In this document: positions 34,558 to 44,454 of the stretch, in pieces
Numbering within the stretch: position 1 is the stretch's first letter
Layout: each line of letters begins with the position of its first letter
From: Patescibacteria group bacterium
GTDB lineage: Bacteria > Patescibacteriota > Patescibacteriia > Patescibacteriales > UBA12465
Assembly (NCBI GenBank): GCA_041651355.1
Contig: JBAZJK010000001.1
Span: forward strand, 485,883-549,882
Length of the DNA stretch: 64,000 nt
Reading direction: 5' to 3'
Notes under the pieces: model-generated
The model's input: the letters and a program-made list of their open reading frames with translations, nothing else
Told to the model about the DNA's origin: nothing
Databases searched by the model: none
Program-made: the position numbers and the translations under genes

Positions 34558-35283
34558 CTATATGATCATTTTTCCAGACAATTTTTCTTTAGCGAAATTT
34601 TGAGCTTTAAGCAGGCTGTCGAAAGTCCCAGCATCAAGCCATTCGCCTTCAACCATGGCAACTGATAATTCATTCTTCTCTAAATACCAGTTGTTCAAAT
34701 CCGTTATTTCCAGTTCCCCTCTCTCGCTGGGTTTCATGTTCTTAGCGATTTCAACCACGCGGCTATCATAGACATAAAGTCCGGTAACGGCATAATTACT
34801 CAGATACTCTTGTGGTTTCTCTACTATCTTCTGCGCCTTATTATTCTCATCAAATTTAACAACTCCGAAACGCTCCGGATCGGGTACAGATTTAGCAAAA
34901 ATTTTCGCTCCGCCCTTAAAATTCTTGATTTCTTCAGAAAAGTCATCCTCAAAGATATTGTCCCCCAAGATCATGGTTACGTCTTCATTATCAATGAAAT
35001 TCTGACCAATAATGAAAGCTTGAGCTAACCCTTCGGGCTTATCCTGGATCTCATAGGTGAATTTAACCCCGAATTCCTTACCACTACCTAAAAGGTTAAG
35101 ATAATCGCCCGCTCTTTCCGGCGCTATAATGATTAAGATCTCCTTGATACCGGCTCGAATTAAAGTATTTAAGGGATAATAAATCATCGGCCGGTCATAG
35201 ATAGGAAGCAGCTGCTTGCTAGTTATTTTGGTCAGAGGGCGCAAACGAGTGCCTGAGCCGCCAGATAAAATGATGCCTCTCAT
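34558..35283 (-). CDS. rfbA: glucose-1-phosphate thymidylyltransferase (short RmlA-type sugar nucleotidyltransferase)
   Basis: MRGIILSGGSGTRLRPLTKITSKQLLPIYDRPMIYYPL. Confidence 0.8.
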   Translation of the reverse strand: MRGIILSGGSGTRLRPLTKITSKQLLPIYDRPMIYYPLNTLIRAGIKEILIIIAPERAGDYLNLLGSGKEFGVKFTYEIQDKPEGLAQAFIIGQNFIDNEDVTMILGDNIFEDDFSEEIKNFKGGAKIFAKSVPDPERFGVVKFDENNKAQKIVEKPQEYLSNYAVTGLYVYDSRVVEIAKNMKPSERGELEITDLNNWYLEKNELSVAMVEGEWLDAGTFDSLLKAQNFAKEKLSGKMII

Positions 35284-35287
35284 AATA

Positions 35288-36142
35288 TTAGAGATTTAAA
35301 TATTCTTTTAAAGCCTCGGGCCAAGCCCTTAAATTAGGCAAGTTATTATTTTCTAAAATCGAATAAAGGGGGCGGCGAGCTGGACGGTTTAAATCTGCTC
35401 CTTTAATGGCGATAAGCCGTGGATTAAGGCCCTTGATCTCAAACAGCGTTTGAGCCGCCTCAAACCAATTAGCCGCCTGAGAGTTGGTAATATGGTAAAT
35501 GCCGGCAGGATGGGGGGACTGAAGCAGAGCTTGAGTAGCTCGAGCTAAATCGGGCGTATAAGTAAAGCAGCTGCTTTCTTCATCTACCACCTTTATTTCC
35601 TCTTTATTCTGAGCTAAATCCAGCATAATGTCAAAAAAGCTCGATTTAGATAGGGGGCTGGCACCGCGCGGACCGAACAGCTTAGAAGTGCGGATGATAA
35701 AATAAGACAAACTAGACTCAGCCGCTATGCGCCTGATCGCCTCTTCGCCGGCCGCCTTGCTGGCTCCGTATTTATTAACTGGATTAACCGGATCATCTTC
35801 TTTAAACTTTGGCTTGTTTAAATCGCCGGAAAAAACATAATCACTAGAGTAATGAAGCAAAGTCGCCCCTATCGCTATAGCGATTCGAGCCAAAGATTCT
35901 GGCAGATCACGATTTAGTTTATAGGCTAAATCTAATTCTTCTGAATCTTGTTCGCATTTATCCACCGCGTTATAGGCGACGGCATTAATTATGACTTCCG
36001 GCCGGAGCTGACCGATCTTTTCTTCTAGTAAGGGGAAATTTAAAAAATCAAGATCTTCCCTGTCCCAGGCTAAAGATCCTGAAAAAATCCGACTGAGTTG
36101 CGTGCCCAAGTTGCCCTGGCCGCCTAGAATAAGAACTGACAT
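35288..36142 (-). CDS. rfbD: dTDP-4-dehydrorhamnose reductase
   Basis: VLILGGQGNLG Rossmann motif, SSDYVFSG, and YGASKAAGE (YxxxK). Confidence 0.8.
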   Translation of the reverse strand: MSVLILGGQGNLGTQLSRIFSGSLAWDREDLDFLNFPLLEEKIGQLRPEVIINAVAYNAVDKCEQDSEELDLAYKLNRDLPESLARIAIAIGATLLHYSSDYVFSGDLNKPKFKEDDPVNPVNKYGASKAAGEEAIRRIAAESSLSYFIIRTSKLFGPRGASPLSKSSFFDIMLDLAQNKEEIKVVDEESSCFTYTPDLARATQALLQSPHPAGIYHITNSQAANWFEAAQTLFEIKGLNPRLIAIKGADLNRPARRPLYSILENNNLPNLRAWPEALKEYLNL

Positions 36143-36160
36143 AATAATTTCGCTAAAAAA

Positions 36161-37402
36161 TTAATCCCATTCTGCCCCCTGCCTGACTAACAGGTCTTTC
36201 GCCTGGTCAGGCTGGGCCATGATAGCCTTCACCGCTTTTTCCATCCGCATCCCCTGGGAGCCTTTGATTAAAATAAGGTCTTCGTTTTCAATCTCACCTA
36301 ACAAGAAATCAGCCGCCTCGCTTGGAGAGTCAAAAGTATGGACATGGTTTTCATCCAAGCCATTCTCTAGAGCTGCCTGAGCGCTAAACCGAGATTGCGG
36401 TCCGACGCTAATTAAAAAATCTATCTTAAGCTCAGAAACTTTCTCACCAACCTGGCGATGGCCAGATTCGGAATAAGAACCTATTTCTAACATATCCCCC
36501 AAGACTGCCCAACGGCGGCGGGCAGGCATTTCTCCTAGAACTTCCAGGGCAGCTAAAGCAGAATCGGGTGAAGAATTGTAAGTGTCATCGATGATAGTTG
36601 CGCCCTTAAGAGCCGGGATCAGATTCAAGCGCCCCAAAGGCGGCTTGAATTCCGATAAGCGCTGGGCGATATCCAATAAGTTAAGTCCGTAATGCAAGCC
36701 CAGGGCGGCTCCAGCTAAAACAGCATAGACAGCCGGCCGGCCGACAGCTTGTTTCATGAACACCGGCACAATCGAGCCCTGATAGCTTAGCTTGAAATTC
36801 CGGCCATGCCATTCTTGGGCCACTAAATCAGCGCCGCGATCGAAGCCATAACTAAGAACCTTGGCACGGCTAGCTTCCGCCATTGCCCTAGTCGCTTCGT
36901 TATCATAATTTAAAACCACTAGGCCGTTATTATCGACCTGTTCGACTAACTTCTGTTTTTCGGCCTGGATTTTAGATAGGCTGCCAAAAAATTCCAGATG
37001 GGAATGGCTGACAGCTGTGACGACGCCGATATTAGGTTTGACGATTTTTGTCAGATAGTCCATATCACCAGGGCGATCTACTCCCATCTCTAAGATTAAA
37101 AATTTAGGATAATTCTTGTCTGTAAAAATTAATAGCTTCAGGGCGCGCGCTAAAACGGCCAGCCAGGCGGAAATAGACCGCCCGCCGGACTCTAGGCCTA
37201 AGATCGTCAAAGGCAAACCGATTTCATTGTTATAGTTCTTATAGCTGGCGCGGACGGAAAATTTATAACTCAAAACCCAGGCAATAGCGTCTTTAGCACT
37301 AGTCTTACCGATACTGCCCGTAATCCCGATAATCTGAGGCTGGTATTTCTGAAGCACCAGGCGAGCCAAAATTTTTAGTTTTAATTGCAAGAGGCGACGC
37401 AT
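36161..37402 (-). CDS. murF: UDP-N-acetylmuramoyl-tripeptide--D-alanyl-D-alanine ligase
   Basis: IGITGSIGKTSAKD P-loop and Mur ligase middle/C-terminal domains, in dcw-cluster context. Confidence 0.85.
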   Translation of the reverse strand: MRRLLQLKLKILARLVLQKYQPQIIGITGSIGKTSAKDAIAWVLSYKFSVRASYKNYNNEIGLPLTILGLESGGRSISAWLAVLARALKLLIFTDKNYPKFLILEMGVDRPGDMDYLTKIVKPNIGVVTAVSHSHLEFFGSLSKIQAEKQKLVEQVDNNGLVVLNYDNEATRAMAEASRAKVLSYGFDRGADLVAQEWHGRNFKLSYQGSIVPVFMKQAVGRPAVYAVLAGAALGLHYGLNLLDIAQRLSEFKPPLGRLNLIPALKGATIIDDTYNSSPDSALAALEVLGEMPARRRWAVLGDMLEIGSYSESGHRQVGEKVSELKIDFLISVGPQSRFSAQAALENGLDENHVHTFDSPSEAADFLLGEIENEDLILIKGSQGMRMEKAVKAIMAQPDQAKDLLVRQGAEWD

Positions 37403-37404
37403 AA

Positions 37405-39363
37405 TTAATCAGCTTTAGTCTTAGGAACCTGATAATATTTAAGGAGAAAATCGGCAATATCGCGCCATAAGGGCACGACTGAACCTTCAGCGTATTCGAC
37501 ATCCTTAGGATTATCAATCTTAGTTAACATGACGAAACGCGGGCTGTCAATCGGAGCAATGCCGACAAAAGTATGGATATAACGATCTTTAGCGTAACCG
37601 CCTCCTTCTGCAACCTGAGCGGTCCCGGTTTTCCCGCCGATATAATAGCCACTCAAGGCTGCCCGTTTGGAATGGCCGCTTTCGACGACGTTAGCTAACA
37701 TCGCCAAAATCGTCGCCGCGGTCTTTTCGCTCACCACCTTTCTGACCATCTTAGGACTGACTTCATCCCTATGACCGTCCGGCCTGACTATAGTTTTGAC
37801 CAGATAAGGCTTCATCAGTTCGCCCCGATTAGCCAAGGCGCTATAAGCCATCACCATCTGCAGAGGCGTCACGGAAATACCCTGCCCGAAAGAGGCGGTG
37901 GCAGCATCAATTTCCTTAATCTTATTCTTCAAAAGATTATCAATATTACCATTAGCTTCAGATCCTAGTTCTAGGCCGCTACGCTCACCGAAACCGAAAT
38001 TCTTTACATAATCGGAAAAGACTTTGGCGCCAATAGTACGCATAGCGAAAATGGAACCGGTATTCAAGGAATTTTCCAAAACGAAATTCATATCGACCAA
38101 GCCGTGCGCTCCCTTGGTTGAGAAATCAGAATTGCTAATCGGCTTATTCCAGCCTTTGATCATCATCTGCCCAGGATCTTGGTAAGTAGTAGAGGGCGAA
38201 ACCTTGCCCTGGTCCAAGGCAGCCGCCATGGTAATGGTTTTAAAGACCGAACCAGGTTCGTATTGATGCGAAATAATCGGATTGTTAAAGATTTGCAAAT
38301 CCTTGATTTCTTTATAATTATTAGGATTGAAATCTGGCACAGAACACATCGCTAAAATCGCTCCGCTCTGCGGTTCGACTATGATGACGCTGCCACCGTC
38401 GGCACCGTGTTTTTTAACGGCCTCGCTTAATTTTTCACAAGCTGCGAATTGTACAGACCGATCGATGGTTAGAACTAAATCAGAGCCGGCTTCCGGCTTA
38501 ACATATTCTCGATCGTTAACAATCACCACCTCGCTCGTCCCGCCGCGCTCCGATTTCAGGGAGCCATACTTACCAAAGAGCTCGTCATTAAAGAATTCTT
38601 CCAAGCCATAACGGCCCTTCTCTTCTTCATCAACATAACTGACAAAACCTAAGAAATGGGCACCAATATTGTTATCGGGATAATAGCGGTATTTCTTAAA
38701 ATCAAAGCCCAGGCCAGTAATGCTTACTTCCTGACCGTCGTTCTTACTGACCACTTTTTGGTTTTTAATTTCTAAATCGCCAGGAGCCCGCCCGCTCAAA
38801 AAAGCATACAAACGAAGCAGGTCTTCGGTGCTCAGCTTATTCTTCAAAGGCTCATAAGGGTCGCCGGGTTTATCTAACTTAGCTAAATAAGCTTTAATAA
38901 GCTCTTCTTTTTGCCTATCAAAATCGGACTCGGGAAGAGCCGTTTCACTGCTGCTAGCTTGACTGTCCGTCTTTATTTCCTGCTCTGGCTTCAACTGTTT
39001 CAAGCCTTCAAGATCAAAAAATTCAAACAGTTTCTCAGCTAATTCTGGTGCCTGGGTAATATCTTTAGGTACAGCGTATAAAAAAGCAAAGTCCTTACTG
39101 CTTGCTAAAGGATAGAGCTTATCATCCTGGCCGCTCAAACGGTCGGAAATCAAGATCCTCCCCCGATCGGGCTTCAGCTGGCTGTTTATCTGGTGTTGAG
39201 AAGAAGCGAGGGCGGTATACCAATCGCACTGCTTAATCTGCAGGTTGAATAATTTATAAATCAAAGCGGCGCATAATAAAAAAATAATCGCAATCACTAA
39301 ATGCAGGCGATTATTTTGAAAGCTGACCGCGCCTCGATTGTTTGTCCGCCGATCACGCCACAT
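37405..39363 (-). CDS. ftsI: class B penicillin-binding protein (FtsI/PBP2-type transpeptidase)
   Basis: SVFK (SxxK), SLN (SxN) and KTGTA motifs, plus an N-terminal TM anchor. Confidence 0.85.
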   Translation of the reverse strand: MWRDRRTNNRGAVSFQNNRLHLVIAIIFLLCAALIYKLFNLQIKQCDWYTALASSQHQINSQLKPDRGRILISDRLSGQDDKLYPLASSKDFAFLYAVPKDITQAPELAEKLFEFFDLEGLKQLKPEQEIKTDSQASSSETALPESDFDRQKEELIKAYLAKLDKPGDPYEPLKNKLSTEDLLRLYAFLSGRAPGDLEIKNQKVVSKNDGQEVSITGLGFDFKKYRYYPDNNIGAHFLGFVSYVDEEEKGRYGLEEFFNDELFGKYGSLKSERGGTSEVVIVNDREYVKPEAGSDLVLTIDRSVQFAACEKLSEAVKKHGADGGSVIIVEPQSGAILAMCSVPDFNPNNYKEIKDLQIFNNPIISHQYEPGSVFKTITMAAALDQGKVSPSTTYQDPGQMMIKGWNKPISNSDFSTKGAHGLVDMNFVLENSLNTGSIFAMRTIGAKVFSDYVKNFGFGERSGLELGSEANGNIDNLLKNKIKEIDAATASFGQGISVTPLQMVMAYSALANRGELMKPYLVKTIVRPDGHRDEVSPKMVRKVVSEKTAATILAMLANVVESGHSKRAALSGYYIGGKTGTAQVAEGGGYAKDRYIHTFVGIAPIDSPRFVMLTKIDNPKDVEYAEGSVVPLWRDIADFLLKYYQVPKTKAD

Positions 39364-39365
39364 AA

Positions 39366-39701
39366 TTACTTTTTAGCTACCATGTTCTTATTAAGGGTGA
39401 GATAATCAACTTCTCCAACTGCCACCATATTCAAGCCTTTAACCTTCTCCACTAGATTGTTATATGACTGGATGGCCATTACCTTGTCTTCTATCTCCTG
39501 GTTTTCATTGGCCAAGGAAGTCGCTCGGACTTTTAACTCCTTAAGGGCGAAACCTTTGACTGTTAAATCATTGATACAGACGACATAGGCCAGACCGAAG
39601 AGTAAAATTAGGGAAAAAAGCCCTAAATTCAACATTTTTAAAGATAAGCGCCTTGATTTGGGCCGAGACGTGGCGTTTAGTTTATTTTTAAAATCGGTCA
39701 T
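39366..39701 (-). CDS. ftsL: FtsL-like small bitopic division protein
   Basis: 111 aa with a single TM helix and a coiled-coil-like ectodomain, in the canonical slot between rsmH and ftsI. Confidence 0.5.
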   Translation of the reverse strand: MTDFKNKLNATSRPKSRRLSLKMLNLGLFSLILLFGLAYVVCINDLTVKGFALKELKVRATSLANENQEIEDKVMAIQSYNNLVEKVKGLNMVAVGEVDYLTLNKNMVAKK

Positions 39702-39734
39702 AAGGATGACTAGTTAGTATATCTAATTTAAAAA

Positions 39735-40625
39735 TTATCTTTTTATCGCCGCTCTCAGCTTGGCACTGCGAGAGCGGGGGTTGAACTGAATTTCGGCTTG
39801 ATTCGGAACAAGTGGTTTCTTGGTTACAATCAACAGTTCCTCCTGACTATGGTTTCGAAAAAAATTCTTAACGATCCGATCTTCACCGCTATGGAAGGAA
39901 ACGACTACTAAGCGCCCGCCGGGAGCGAGTAGGTCCAGAGCGGCCGGTAAAAACTGTTCCAAAACTCTTAATTCTTGATTGGTCTCCATCCTTAAAGCTT
40001 GGAATACCCGGGTGGCTGGATGGATTGACTGATGGCGGAATCTCCCCGGAATAGCGCTAACTATCAATTCTCGCAATTCTTTAGTGTTGGTAATCCTGTT
40101 TTCTCGGCGCCAGGCTACGATCCTCTTGGCAATCTGATAAGCGAACTTCTCTTCCCCGTATTCCCTAAAAACCCGGGTGAGCTCTAACAAGGGATAAGTA
40201 TTGATTATTTCAGTCGTATCTAGGCCGTCATGACCAAAAGCCATATCAAGCGGCCGATCGCCTTGGAAAGAAAATCCTCTTTTCTCATCAGCTAACTGGG
40301 CTGAAGATAAACCTAGATCGACCACTATTCCCTGAACCAGGATTCCCTCGCCAAAGACTTGTCTGGCCGCCTCTTTAATATTTTTAAAATTCTCTTTAAC
40401 TAAATGAACGTTTTTTACCTTTTTCTCCTTTAATATCTTTTTGGCGTTTTTTAAAGCCAAATCATCAAGGTCAAGGGATAACACCTGGCCTTTGGCTCCG
40501 ACGGCTAGCGCTAAAGCTAGAGTATAACCGCCGCCGCCCAAAGTACCGTCAATTACCAGGTCGCCCGGTTTCGCTCGGAGACTAGCCAATACCTCGGGCA
40601 TCATTACTGGGACGTGCTCATACAT
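39735..40625 (-). CDS. rsmH: 16S rRNA (cytosine1402-N4)-methyltransferase
   Basis: HVPVMMPEVL, DGTLGGGGYT and SFHSGEDRIVK. Confidence 0.9.
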   Translation of the reverse strand: MYEHVPVMMPEVLASLRAKPGDLVIDGTLGGGGYTLALALAVGAKGQVLSLDLDDLALKNAKKILKEKKVKNVHLVKENFKNIKEAARQVFGEGILVQGIVVDLGLSSAQLADEKRGFSFQGDRPLDMAFGHDGLDTTEIINTYPLLELTRVFREYGEEKFAYQIAKRIVAWRRENRITNTKELRELIVSAIPGRFRHQSIHPATRVFQALRMETNQELRVLEQFLPAALDLLAPGGRLVVVSFHSGEDRIVKNFFRNHSQEELLIVTKKPLVPNQAEIQFNPRSRSAKLRAAIKR

Positions 40626-40626
40626 A

Positions 40627-41058
40627 CTAAACTCCCAAATCTCCTAATTCTTCGGCGATCGCATTACTGTTCTTTTCTGCTTCGGCTTTATATTTCAACC
40701 AGGCTCCTTCCGGCCAGATTTCTAAATGGTTATAAAGGCCGGCAATAATTATGCTTTTTTTTAAAGACGAAAACTGCCGCAAATATTCTGGCAAAGTAAT
40801 CCGACCCTGGTTATCAAACTCGACATCCATAGCACCAGCGAGCATATGACGGCTAAAAGCCCGAGCCTTAGCCTGGCTTAAAGGTAAGGCGGCGAATTTC
40901 TGGGCAATCTTTTCAAATTGTTCTTTGGAATATAAAAATAAGCAGTTATCCAAACCCTTGGTAACCACCGCGCCCTTTTTTAAGATAGCCCGAAACTTAG
41001 CTGGTATAGCTAAGCGGCCCTTGTCATCAAGATTGTGTTTATACTCACCAATAAACAT
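40627..41058 (-). CDS. mraZ: transcriptional regulator MraZ
   Basis: MFIGEYKHNLDDKGRLAIPAKFR and a second DxxGR repeat (FDNQGRITLP). Confidence 0.9.
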   Translation of the reverse strand: MFIGEYKHNLDDKGRLAIPAKFRAILKKGAVVTKGLDNCLFLYSKEQFEKIAQKFAALPLSQAKARAFSRHMLAGAMDVEFDNQGRITLPEYLRQFSSLKKSIIIAGLYNHLEIWPEGAWLKYKAEAEKNSNAIAEELGDLGV

Positions 41059-41119
41059 ATATTCGAATTAGCAATTAACTGATTCACCTTTGTTCCCCAC
41101 TTTTCACCTGACAAGTATA

Positions 41120-41148
41120 ATTATACACCACTAAGCCCCTCCTGGCAA
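41120..41148 (-). promoter_or_regulatory. sigma70-like promoter of the mraZ/dcw operon
   Basis: Minus strand: TTGCCA (41148-41143), 17 nt, TATAAT (41125-41120). GTG-containing boxes follow at 41084-41108. Confidence 0.55.
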
Positions 41149-41182
41149 CCTTCATAAAAGCCCTAAAATAAGAGAAATAAAT

Positions 41183-41214
41183 AAAAAAAGAAGCACTTAT
41201 CAACAAGAGCTTCT
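41183..41214 (-). terminator. terminator candidate after tsaB
   Basis: Minus strand: AGAAGC...GCTTCT (6-bp stem, 14-nt loop) followed by T7. Confidence 0.4.
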
Positions 41215-41268
41215 TCTAATTTATTAAATTTTCTTTTTTCTAGGAAAAGTTATCAACAGGCTCTAATC

Positions 41269-41643
41269 CTAGGCCCCGATATTCGGTTCACGATCATAGG
41301 TTGGGGATACTATCTGGAGACCGCGACTTTTCTTGATAGTCTTCTCCTGGCCAATCGGGTAAACCGGGATCTTAAGAGCATAAGCCAGGGCATTAGCGGT
41401 AGCTATCCCTATCCTCAAAGCCGTGAAGCTTCCCCCGGAAGCAGCCACCCTGATTTCACTTAAATCCTCCAAGCTAACCCGGGATTTTCCCATTAACTTT
41501 TGAATAGCCGGCAAGAGCTTCTCTGATTGTCGGCGGGGCGCTGTTAAACTCAAACGGCTAACCGTTTCCTTTTTCTGCCCGACCCGTCTTTCTAGCCGCA
41601 GATATATCTTTTCTTTGTCCGAAGTATTAATAAATAAAATCAT
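41269..41643 (-). CDS. tsaB: TsaB/YeaZ-like t6A biosynthesis protein, N-terminal half only
   Basis: MILFINTSDKEKIYLRL and SGGSFTALRIGIATANALAYALKIPVY. It is only 124 aa. Confidence 0.6.
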   Translation of the reverse strand: MILFINTSDKEKIYLRLERRVGQKKETVSRLSLTAPRRQSEKLLPAIQKLMGKSRVSLEDLSEIRVAASGGSFTALRIGIATANALAYALKIPVYPIGQEKTIKKSRGLQIVSPTYDREPNIGA

Positions 41644-41644
41644 A

Positions 41645-42568
41645 CTAAGTATTAAATAAAACCCTATCTAAATCGGCTAAACTATTAACCCTGACTAAAG
41701 AAGCCCGAAGCTGCGATGCTCCCTCTAGGCCGTTTACATAATAAACCAAATGCTTCCTTAATTCCACTAAACCATTATCGCCTTTGAGCTGGTGGACGAG
41801 CTTGGCGTGCTGTTTCATGAGTTTGAAAATCTCTTTAACTCCAGGTCGAGCTTGTCGTTTAAATATCCAAGGATTTCCCATCGCGCCTCGTGCGATCCCA
41901 ACCCCGTCAGCTTGAGTAGCTTGCAAAACTAAATCTATATCCTCCGGGCTATTGATGCCGCCGTTAGCTAAAACGATACCCGGAAAATGTTGCTTGGCGG
42001 CTCTAATCAGCTTTAGATCAACCGGACCGCTAAAAGCACCGGCTAAGGTCCGGCCATGGATCATGACAGCCTTAATATCTAAATCGGACAATTTGTCCAA
42101 AAACTTCAAAGCGTTGGTTTTGCCGGCTCCAGCCCTAATCTTAATCGATAGAGGTAAATTAGTAGTTTCTAAGATAGCCCTTATGATCTGCCTGGTTTTT
42201 TTATAATCAGACATCAGGCTCGCCCCGGCTCCTTGTTTTAGAACCTTTTTCACCGGGCAACCGCAATTCAAATCTAGGCCGGCCGGCTTCACCTGCTCGC
42301 TTATAATCTTAGCAGCTCGGGCAAAATGTTCAGGCTCGGAACCAAATAATTGGACGACATAATTCTTTTCTTTCTTGGAATCAAAATCCATCAGGCTGAT
42401 CGTCTCAGCTGAATCATAAAATAGGGCGGTAGCGCTTACCATCTCGCTATAGACCACTTGGGCGCCGAAACTCGAAGCAATCTGCCGATAGGCGCTATCG
42501 GTAAAACCAGCCAGAGGAGCTAAGGCCAAAATCGGCTTCTCTAAATTTGACCAAAAATTCTTAGACAT
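41645..42568 (-). CDS. dus: tRNA-dihydrouridine synthase
   Basis: LAPLAGFTDSAYRQI, LNCGCPVKKV and a TIM-barrel Dus pattern. Confidence 0.85.
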   Translation of the reverse strand: MSKNFWSNLEKPILALAPLAGFTDSAYRQIASSFGAQVVYSEMVSATALFYDSAETISLMDFDSKKEKNYVVQLFGSEPEHFARAAKIISEQVKPAGLDLNCGCPVKKVLKQGAGASLMSDYKKTRQIIRAILETTNLPLSIKIRAGAGKTNALKFLDKLSDLDIKAVMIHGRTLAGAFSGPVDLKLIRAAKQHFPGIVLANGGINSPEDIDLVLQATQADGVGIARGAMGNPWIFKRQARPGVKEIFKLMKQHAKLVHQLKGDNGLVELRKHLVYYVNGLEGASQLRASLVRVNSLADLDRVLFNT

Positions 42569-43983
42569 TATTTTTTGCTGACCCGGCTCGAGGCGGCCGC
42601 ATCCTCTACAGTGTAGCCCAGTTCTTCCAATTTCCAGCGTAATTCATCCGCTCGAGTAAAATGCTTGTTTCGACGGGCTGTTTCCCTCTCTGCTATTATC
42701 TCTTCTACTTCCCTAGGTAAAACTGTTTCTTCGAGGGGAGGAATATTTTCTAAATCAAGCCCCCATACCCGATCAAAATCGTATAGTGTGGCCAGCTTAT
42801 CCTTGGCGGCTAAGTTAGATTTTAAAATTTCCGGCACTAGAGCTAATGTCGCTGGCACATTGAAATCATTAGCTAAGGCCTCGAAAAATTTTTTCTGCAA
42901 AGCCTTATCTGCCCGACCGGCCCGACGGCCTAATTCCCTAACCCGCTTATACAAACTTTCTAGTCCAGCCTGGGCGGCTTTCATCGCCTCCCAAGTAAAA
43001 TTCTGGTTGGAGCGGTAGTGGGCTTGGAGGAAAAAATAACGCAAAGCTAAAGGCATGAAACGTTTTTCTTCAATCTCGGCCAAGCTATAGCTAGTACCAG
43101 CCGATTTGGACATCTTCTTATTATCAACTAATAGATGGGCATTATGTAACCAATAATTAACAAACTTCTGGCCATTAGCTGTTTCACTCTGAGCGATTTC
43201 ATTAGTATGATGGACCGGAATATGCTCGATTCCGCCCATATGTATATCGATCGTATCGCCTAAAAACTTCTTGGCTAAGGCGGAGCACTCTAGATGCCAG
43301 CCCGGAAAGCCTTCTCCATCCTTCACTAAGGGGGAATAGAAAGGTGAAGGCCAAAACTGCAAAGCTTTCTTATGGACTCCGGCTTTAAAGAACCAAAGAG
43401 CAAAATCGGCCGGATCTTTTTTCTTCGGGTCGATCACTTCGCCTCGTCCAGCCTGGCTCTTATTCTGACTCAAATCCTGTCCGGACAAACGGTTATAGTC
43501 AGGAAACTTGGCTACAGAAAAATAAATCGCCAATTCGGTTTGGTAAGCAAAACCTTTATCCATCAGGGTTTTGACTAAAGCGATATCTTCCTTGATGTAA
43601 TCGGTCGCGCGAGGCCTAAACTTCGGGGGCCAAATATTAAGATAGGAGGTATCTGATTCATAAATATCAATATATCTCTGAGCAATCGCCTGCGGACTCA
43701 AGCCCTCACGACTGGCGCCTTGGGACATCTTATCTTCGCCCGTGTCTTCATCAGAACTTAAGTGGCCGACATCCGTATAATTCCTGACCATATTCACCTT
43801 ATAGCCAAAATAGGAAAGGCTGCGATTAACCAGATCGGCACAGACGGCGCCGCGAAGATTTCCGATATGCTGGATCCAATAGACGGTCGGTCCGCAATAA
43901 TAAAAAGATATCTGCCCCTTTTTCAAAGGCAAGAATTCTTCCTTCTGTCTAGTTAAAGTATTATAGAGATAAATTTTTTTCAT
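42568..43983 (-). CDS. cysS: cysteine--tRNA ligase
   Basis: YNTLTRQKEEF, CGPTVYWIQHIGNLR (HIGH) and KMSKS. Start set at ATG 43983; the alternative is 44001. Confidence 0.9.
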   Translation of the reverse strand: MKKIYLYNTLTRQKEEFLPLKKGQISFYYCGPTVYWIQHIGNLRGAVCADLVNRSLSYFGYKVNMVRNYTDVGHLSSDEDTGEDKMSQGASREGLSPQAIAQRYIDIYESDTSYLNIWPPKFRPRATDYIKEDIALVKTLMDKGFAYQTELAIYFSVAKFPDYNRLSGQDLSQNKSQAGRGEVIDPKKKDPADFALWFFKAGVHKKALQFWPSPFYSPLVKDGEGFPGWHLECSALAKKFLGDTIDIHMGGIEHIPVHHTNEIAQSETANGQKFVNYWLHNAHLLVDNKKMSKSAGTSYSLAEIEEKRFMPLALRYFFLQAHYRSNQNFTWEAMKAAQAGLESLYKRVRELGRRAGRADKALQKKFFEALANDFNVPATLALVPEILKSNLAAKDKLATLYDFDRVWGLDLENIPPLEETVLPREVEEIIAERETARRNKHFTRADELRWKLEELGYTVEDAAASSRVSKK

Positions 43984-44443
43984 ACTGCTTGATAAACTCA
44001 TTTATTTTCTCCTGATAATCGCCTCGGACCACCTCCTTACTTAAGACCGACATAACAGCTAAAGGCTTAAGACCGATAAAATCGGCCAGGATCTTAAATA
44101 TTTTCTCTTGGCCAACTCCCTGCTGGGTAGTAAAACAGGCTAGGGCCTTAAAGCTACTTTTGAAGCGATCAAGATAGGCGCGAATCGGCGAAGACATGGT
44201 GCCCGCCCAGAGAGGCGTGCCGATGATTACTAAGTCATAATCGGCGGGATTTAAACGAGGCGCTTCAATCTGGGCCAACTTTTTGCTAATCGCTTCACGG
44301 CCGCTGACGATATATCCTAAAACGCCGGAGCGCGGGTTATGATCGATAATTTCTTCCAAATCGGCCCCGATCTTTTCCGCTAAGCTCAAAGATAATTTTT
44401 TGGTTAAGCCGGTACGGGAATAAAAAGCTATTAAAATCTTCAT
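43961..44443 (-). CDS. flavodoxin-like fold protein
   Basis: MKILIAFYSRTGLTKKL N-terminal FMN-phosphate loop pattern and GTPLWAG. Confidence 0.65.
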   Translation of the reverse strand: MKILIAFYSRTGLTKKLSLSLAEKIGADLEEIIDHNPRSGVLGYIVSGREAISKKLAQIEAPRLNPADYDLVIIGTPLWAGTMSSPIRAYLDRFKSSFKALACFTTQQGVGQEKIFKILADFIGLKPLAVMSVLSKEVVRGDYQEKINEFIKQYEKNLSL

Positions 44444-44454
44444 AGAGTATAAAA

